From assembly GCA_964016885.1 (NCBI GenBank), contig OZ024765.1, positions 21,514,001-21,578,000 on the forward strand: a stretch of DNA of 64,000 nucleotides, in the 5' to 3' direction. A model generated the notes under the pieces. It ran no database searches. It worked only from the letters and a program-made list of their open reading frames with translations, and was not told where the DNA came from. Position 1 is the first letter of the stretch. The number at the start of each line of letters is the position of its first letter. This document shows positions 56,992 through 64,000 of this stretch, piece by piece. The DNA comes from Eledone cirrhosa (lineage: Eukaryota). A program made the position numbers and the translations under genes.

Positions 56992-58299
56992 TCATCATCA
57001 TCATCAACGTTTAACGTCCGTGTTCCACGCTTGCATGGGTTTGGACGGGGATTTTCCCACTTGAGGCAAGAGTGGTTGTCTTGCTCGCATAGGACTGTCT
57101 GGCAGGTTTTCTACAGTTGGATGCCCTTCCTAACACCAACCACATTTACAGTGTGGGGCTGGGAGGTTTTTACCGTGTTGCCTACACGGCCACATTACAG
57201 CGTGGACTGTCTGGCGGGTTTTCTACAGCTGGATGCCCTTCCTAACACCAACCACATTTACAGTGTGGGGCTGGGAGGTTTTTACCGTGTTGCCTACACG
57301 ACCACATTACAGCGTGGACTGTCTGGCAGGTTTTCTACAGCTGGATGCCCTTCCTAACACCAACCACATTTACAGTATATATATATATATATATATAATA
57401 TGTATATGATATATATATACATATCTAATGTCTAAAGTCTGTCTTAAGCCATTGAAGGCTCATTTGGCCGGTGCTTGTCCCAGTTTCATGACATGAAGTG
57501 ACTGAGAGTACAAAACTCCCCCTGGATAGGACACCAGTCCATCACAGGATTAAACCCCCAGATATAGCTGGTACTCATGTTCAGCTGAGTATACTGGAGC
57601 AATGTGAAGTGAAGTGTTTTGCTCAAGAACACAACACGCAGCTCAGGAATCAAACCCACGATATTATGGTCAGAAGTTCAACGACCCTTACCACTTGGCC
57701 ACGCACGCCGAATATATATATATATATGGTGAAGTTGAGTGGCATAGTGGTTAGAGTGTTGCGTTTACAATTGTGAGTTCAATTCCCAGCCCAGGTGTTG
57801 TTTCCTTGAGCAAGACACTTTATTTCATATTGCTCCAGTTTACTCTGAGTTGCTGAGTTTCATTGTCTCTGTTGCCAAGCGGTATAAACCATTCACTTTC
57901 CTTGGGACAACATCATATATAGGGTATATATAATATATATGTAATGTATATATAGTGTATATACAGTTTATATAGAGTATATATATATATGCTGAAGCAT
58001 ATAAACAATATGCCCCCACACACCCCACCGCAAGGTGGTCGTGGAGGTGCCACGGCAAAAAAGCACCCAGCCCACACTGTAAAGTGGACGTGTAGGCGCC
58101 ACGAAAAAGCACCCAGCACTCACTGTAAATGAGGTTGGTGTTAGGAAGGGCATCCAGCTGTAGAAATCAAGCCAGAATCAGTTCCTGTATGAGCAAGGCA
58201 TGGTCAGCCGACCAGACACTGCCCACAACAGGACAGCCCGTCTAACCCATGCTAGCGTGGAAGAACGGACGTAAAACGGTGATGATGATGATGATGATG
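56992..58299. mobile_element. Cluster of CORE-like SINE copies (56992-57376 -, 57445-57708 -, 57728-57860 +, 58030-58299 +)
   Basis: Shared head, CORE-like or tail segments; the first copy has an internal tandem triplication. Confidence 0.75.
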
Positions 58300-61200
58300 A
58301 AAGTATATAGTTTATATAGAGTGTGTATATATAGTGTATATACAGTTTATATAGAGTGTGTATATATAAAGTATATACAGTTTATATAGAGTGTGTATAT
58401 ATAAAGTATATACAGTTTATATAGTGTGTATATATAAAGTATATACAGTTTATATAGTGTGTATATATAAAGTATATACAGTTTATATAGAGTGTGTATA
58501 TATAGTGTATATATAGTTTATATAGAGTGTGTGTATATAAAGTATATACAGTTTATATAGAGTGTGTATATATAGTGTATATACAGTTTATATAGAGTGT
58601 GTATATATAAAGTATATACAGTTTATATAGTGTGTATATATAGTGTATATACAGTTTATATAGAGTGTGTATATATAAAGTATATACAGTTTATATAGAG
58701 TGTGTATATATAAAGTATATACAGTTTATATAGAGTGTGTATATATAAAGTATATACAGTTTATATAGAGTGTGTATATATAGTGTATATACAGTTTATA
58801 TAGAGTGTGTATATATAAAGTATATACAGTTTATATAGAGTGTGTATATATAGTGTATATACAGTTTATAAAGAGTGTGTATATATAAAGTATATACAGT
58901 TTATATAGTGTGTATATATAGTGTATATACAGTTTATATAGAGTGTGTATATATAAAGTATATACAGTTTATATAGAGTGTGTATATATAAAGTATATAC
59001 AGTTTATATAGAGTGTGTATATATAGTGTATATACAGTTTATATAGAGTGTGTATATATAAAGTATATACAGTTTATATAGAGTGTGTATATATAGTGTA
59101 TATACAGTTTATAAAGAGTGTGTATATATAAAGTATATACAGTTTATATAGTGTGTATATATAGTGTATATACAGTTTATATAGAGTGTGTATATATAAA
59201 GTATATACAGTTTATATAGAGTGTGTATATATAAAGTATATACAGTTTATATAGAGTGTGTGTATATAAAGTATATACAGTTTATATAGAGTGTGTATAT
59301 ATAAAGTATATACAGTTTATATAGAGTGTGTATATATAGTGTATATACAGTTTATATAGAGTGTGTATATATAGTGTATATACAGTTTATATAGAGTGTG
59401 TATATATAGTGTATATACAGTTTATATAGAGTGTGTGTATATAGTGTATATACAGTTTATATAGAGTGTGTATATATAGTGTATATACAGTTTATATAGA
59501 GTGTGTATATATAGTGTATATACAGTTTATATAGAGTGTGTATATATAGTGTATATACAGTTTATATAGAGTGTGTATATATAAAGTATATACAGTTTAT
59601 ATAGAGTGTGTATATATAGTGTATATACAGTTTATATAGAGTGTGTATATATAGTGTATATACAGTTTATATAGAGTGTGTATATATAAAGTATATACAG
59701 TTTATATAGAGTGTGTATATATAGTGTATATACAGTTTATATAGAGTGTGTATATATAGTGTATATACAGTTTATATAGAGTGTGTATATATAAAGTATA
59801 TACAGTTTATATAGAGTGTGTATATATAGTGTATATACAGTTTATATAGAGTGTGTATATATAGTGTATATACAGTTTATATAGAGTGTGTATATATAAA
59901 GTATATACAGTTTATATAGAGTGTGTATATATAGTGTATATACAGTTTATATAGAGTGTGTATATATAAAGTATATACAGTTTATATAGAGTGTGTGTAT
60001 ATAGTGTATATACAGTTTATATAGAGTGTGTATATATAAAGTATATACAGTTTATATAGAGTGTGTATATATAGTGTATATACAGTTTATATAGAGTGTG
60101 TGTATATAGTGTATATACAGTTTATATAGAGTGTGTATATATAGTGTATATACAGTTTATATAGAGTGTGTATATATAAAGTATATACAGTTTATATAGA
60201 GTGTGTATATATAGTGTATATACAGTTTATATAGAGTGTGTGTATATAAAGTATATACAGTTTATATAGAGTGTGTGTATATAGTGTATATACAGTTTAT
60301 ATAGAGTGTGTGTATATAGTGTATATACAGTTTATATAGAGTGTGTGTATATAAAGTATATACAGTTTATATAGAGTGTGTATATATAGTGTATATACAG
60401 TTTATATAGAGTGTGTGTATATAAAGTATATACAGTTTATATAGAGTGTGTATATATAGTGTATATACAGTTTATATAGAGTGTGTATATATAAAGTATA
60501 TACAGTTTATATAGAGTGTGTATATATAGTGTATATACAGTTTATATAGAGTGTGTATATATAAAGTATATACAGTTTATATAGAGTGTGTATATATAGT
60601 GTATATATAGTATATATAGAGTGTGTATATATAGTGTATATAGAGTGTGTATATATAAAGTATATACAGTTTATATAGTGTGTGTATATATAGTGTATAT
60701 ACAGTTTATATAGAGTGTGTATATATAGTGTATATACAGTTTATATAGAGTGTGTATATATAGTGTATATACAGTTTATATAGAGTGTGTATATATAGTG
60801 TATATACAGTTTATATAGAGTGTGTATATATAGTGTATATACAGTTTATATAGAGTGTGTATATATAGTGTATATATAGTATATATAGAGTGTGTATATA
60901 TAGTGTATATAGAGTGTGTATATATAAAGTATATACAGTTTATATAGTGTGTGTATATATAGTGTATATACAGTTTATATAGAGTGTGTATATATAGTGT
61001 ATATACAGTTTATATAGAGTGTGTATATATAGTGTATATACAGTTTATATAGAGTGTGTATATATAGTGTATATACAGTTTATATAGAGTGTGTATATAT
61101 AGTGTATATACAGTTTATATAGAGTGTGTATATATAAAGTATATACAGTTTATATAGAGTGTGTATATATAGTGTATATACAGTTTATATAGAGTGTGTA

Positions 61201-63775
61201 TATATAAAGTATATACAGTTTATATAGAGTGTGTATATATAGTGTATATATAGTATATATAGAGTGTGTATATATAGTGTATATAGAGTGTGTATATATA
61301 AAGTATATACAGTTTATATAGTGTGTGTATATATAGTGTATATACAGTTTATATAGAGTGTGTATATATAGTGTATATACAGTTTATATAGAGTGTGTAT
61401 ATATAGTGTATATACAGTTTATATAGAGTGTGTATATATAGTGTATATACAGTTTATATAGAGTGTGTATATATAGTGTATATACAGTTTATATAGAGTG
61501 TGTATATATAGTGTATATACAGTTTATATAGAGTGTGTATATATAAAGTATATACAGTTTATATAGAGTGTGTATATATAGTGTATATATAGTATATATA
61601 GAGTGTGTATATATAGTGTATATAGAGTGTGTATATATAAAGTATATACAGTTTATATAGTGTGTGTATATATAGTGTATATACAGTTTATATAGAGTGT
61701 GTATATATAGTGTATATATAGTGTATATAGAGTGTGTATATATAGTGTATATACAGTTTATATAGAGTGTGTGTATATAGTGTATATACAGTTTATATAG
61801 AGTGTGTATATAGTGTATATACAGTTTATATAGAGTGTGTATATATAGTGTATATACAGTTTATATAGAGTGTGTATATATAAAGTATATACAGTTTATA
61901 TAGAGTGTGTATATATAGTGTATATACAGTTTATATAGAGTGTGTATATATAAAGTATATACAGTTTATATAGAGTGTGTATATATAGTGTATATATAGT
62001 ATATATAGAGTGTGTATATATAGTGTATATAGAGTGTGTATATATAAAGTATATACAGTTTATATAGTGTGTGTATATATAGTGTATATACAGTTTATAT
62101 AGAGTGTGTATATATAGTGTATATATAGTGTATATAGAGTGTGTATATATAGTGTATATACAGTTTATATAGAGTGTGTGTATATAGTGTATATACAGTT
62201 TATATAGAGTGTGTATATAGTGTATATACAGTTTATATAGAGTGTGTATATATAGTGTATATACAGTTTATATAGAGTGTGTATATATAAAGTATATACA
62301 GTTTATATAGAGTGTGTATATATAGTGTATATATAGTGTATATAGAGTGTGTATATATAAAGTATATACAGTTTATATAGAGTGTGTATATATAGTGTAT
62401 ATACAGTTTATATAGAGTGTGTGTATATAGTGTATATACAGTTTATATAGAGTGTGTATATATAGTGTATATACAGTTTATATAGAGTGTGTATATATAA
62501 AGTATATACAGTTTATATAGAGTGTGTATATACAGTTTATACAGTTTATATAGAGTGTGTATATACAGTTTATATACAGTTTATATAGAGTGTGTATATA
62601 CAGTTTATATACAGTTTATATAGAGTGTGTATATATAAAGTATATACAGTTTATATAGAGTGTGTATATATAGTGTATATACAGTTTATATAGAGTGTGT
62701 ATATATAAAGTATATACAGTTTATATAGAGTGTGTATATATAGTGTATATACAGTTTATATAGAGTGTGTGTATATAGTGTATATACAGTTTATATAGAG
62801 TGTGTATATATAAAGTATATACAGTTTATATAGAGTGTGTATATATAAAGTATATACAGTTTATATAGAGTGTGTATATATAGTGTATATACAGTTTATA
62901 TAGAGTGTGTATATATAAAGTATATACAGTTTATATAGAGTGTGTATATATAAAGTATATACAGTTTATATAGAGTGTGTATATATAGTGTATATACAGT
63001 TTATATAGAGTGTGTATATATAAAGTATATACAGTTTATATAGAGTGTGTATATATAGTGTATATACAGTTTATATAGAGTGTGTGTATATAGTGTATAT
63101 ACAGTTTATATAGAGTGTGTATATATAAAGTATATACAGTTTATATAGAGTGTGTATATATAAAGTATATACAGTTTATATAGAGTGTGTATATATAGTG
63201 TATATACAGTTTATATAGAGTGTGTATATATAAAGTATATACAGTTTATATAGAGTGTGTATATATAAAGTATATACAGTTTATATAGAGTGTGTATATA
63301 TAGTGTATATACAGTTTATATAGAGTGTGTATATATAAAGTATATACAGTTTATATAGAGTGTGTATATATAGTGTATATACAGTTTATATAGAGTGTGT
63401 GTATATAGTGTATATACAGTTTATATAGAGTGTGTATATATAAAGTATATACAGTTTATATAGAGTGTGTATATATAGTGTATATACAGTTTATATAGAG
63501 TGTGTATATATAAAGTATATACAGTTTATATAGAGTGTGTATATATAAAGTATATACAGTTTATATAGAGTGTGTATATATAAAGTATATACAGTTTATA
63601 TAGAGTGTGTATATATAAAGTATATACAGTTTATATAGAGTGTGTATATATAGTGTATATACAGTTTATATAGAGTGTGTATATATAAAGTATATACAGT
63701 TTATATAGAGTGTGTATATATAAAGTATATACAGTTTATATAGAGTGTGTATATATAGTGTATATATAGTGTATA
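58300..63775. repeat. 35-bp minisatellite, ~5.5 kb
   Basis: Unit gtatatacagtttatatagagtgtgtatatata(aa/gt), e.g. 58681 to 58716. Confidence 0.97.
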
Positions 63776-64000
63776 TAGTGTGTGTATATATATATATATA
63801 GACCACTGGTGATAAGCTGTCTGGACCATTGACTTTCCTTTGGACATCATATATAGTGTATATATAGTGTATATATAGTGTATATATAGTGTATATATAG
63901 TGTATATATAGTGTATATATAGTGTATATATATTGTATATATATTGTATATATAAAGTATATATATTGTATATATATAAAGTATATATAATGTATATATA

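Overview
This is eukaryotic, AT-rich, microsatellite-saturated DNA. It is probably intronic or intergenic cephalopod (octopus-like) DNA, inferred from the SINE/LINE types. Nearly all ORF-track entries are translations of (TA)n, (CA)n, (CCA)n or minisatellites. The real coding signal comes from decayed transposons: an RTE LINE with an embedded PHD-like finger, two Penelope-like elements (RT + GIY-YIG), a Helitron PIF1 helicase with a canonical 3' end, a Tx1/L1-type LINE, and small RTE-like and RLE-type fragments. There are also many tRNA-derived SINEs of two main families. The main unexplained structure is about 25 type I hammerhead ribozyme (HHR) motifs from at least 8 short non-coding families. 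They sit in (TA)n tracts, often as head-to-head fold-back duplications, and once as a 6 x 99-nt tandem array that could release ~99-nt circularisable RNAs. One family shares its HHR and 3' tail with the Penelope-like element at 15.9-18.5 kb. This points to a Penelope-mobilised, microsatellite-associated ribozyme mini-element (retrozyme-like) system. Up to three weak candidate host exons lie on the + strand. All structures were read by eye; nothing was folded or searched computationally.
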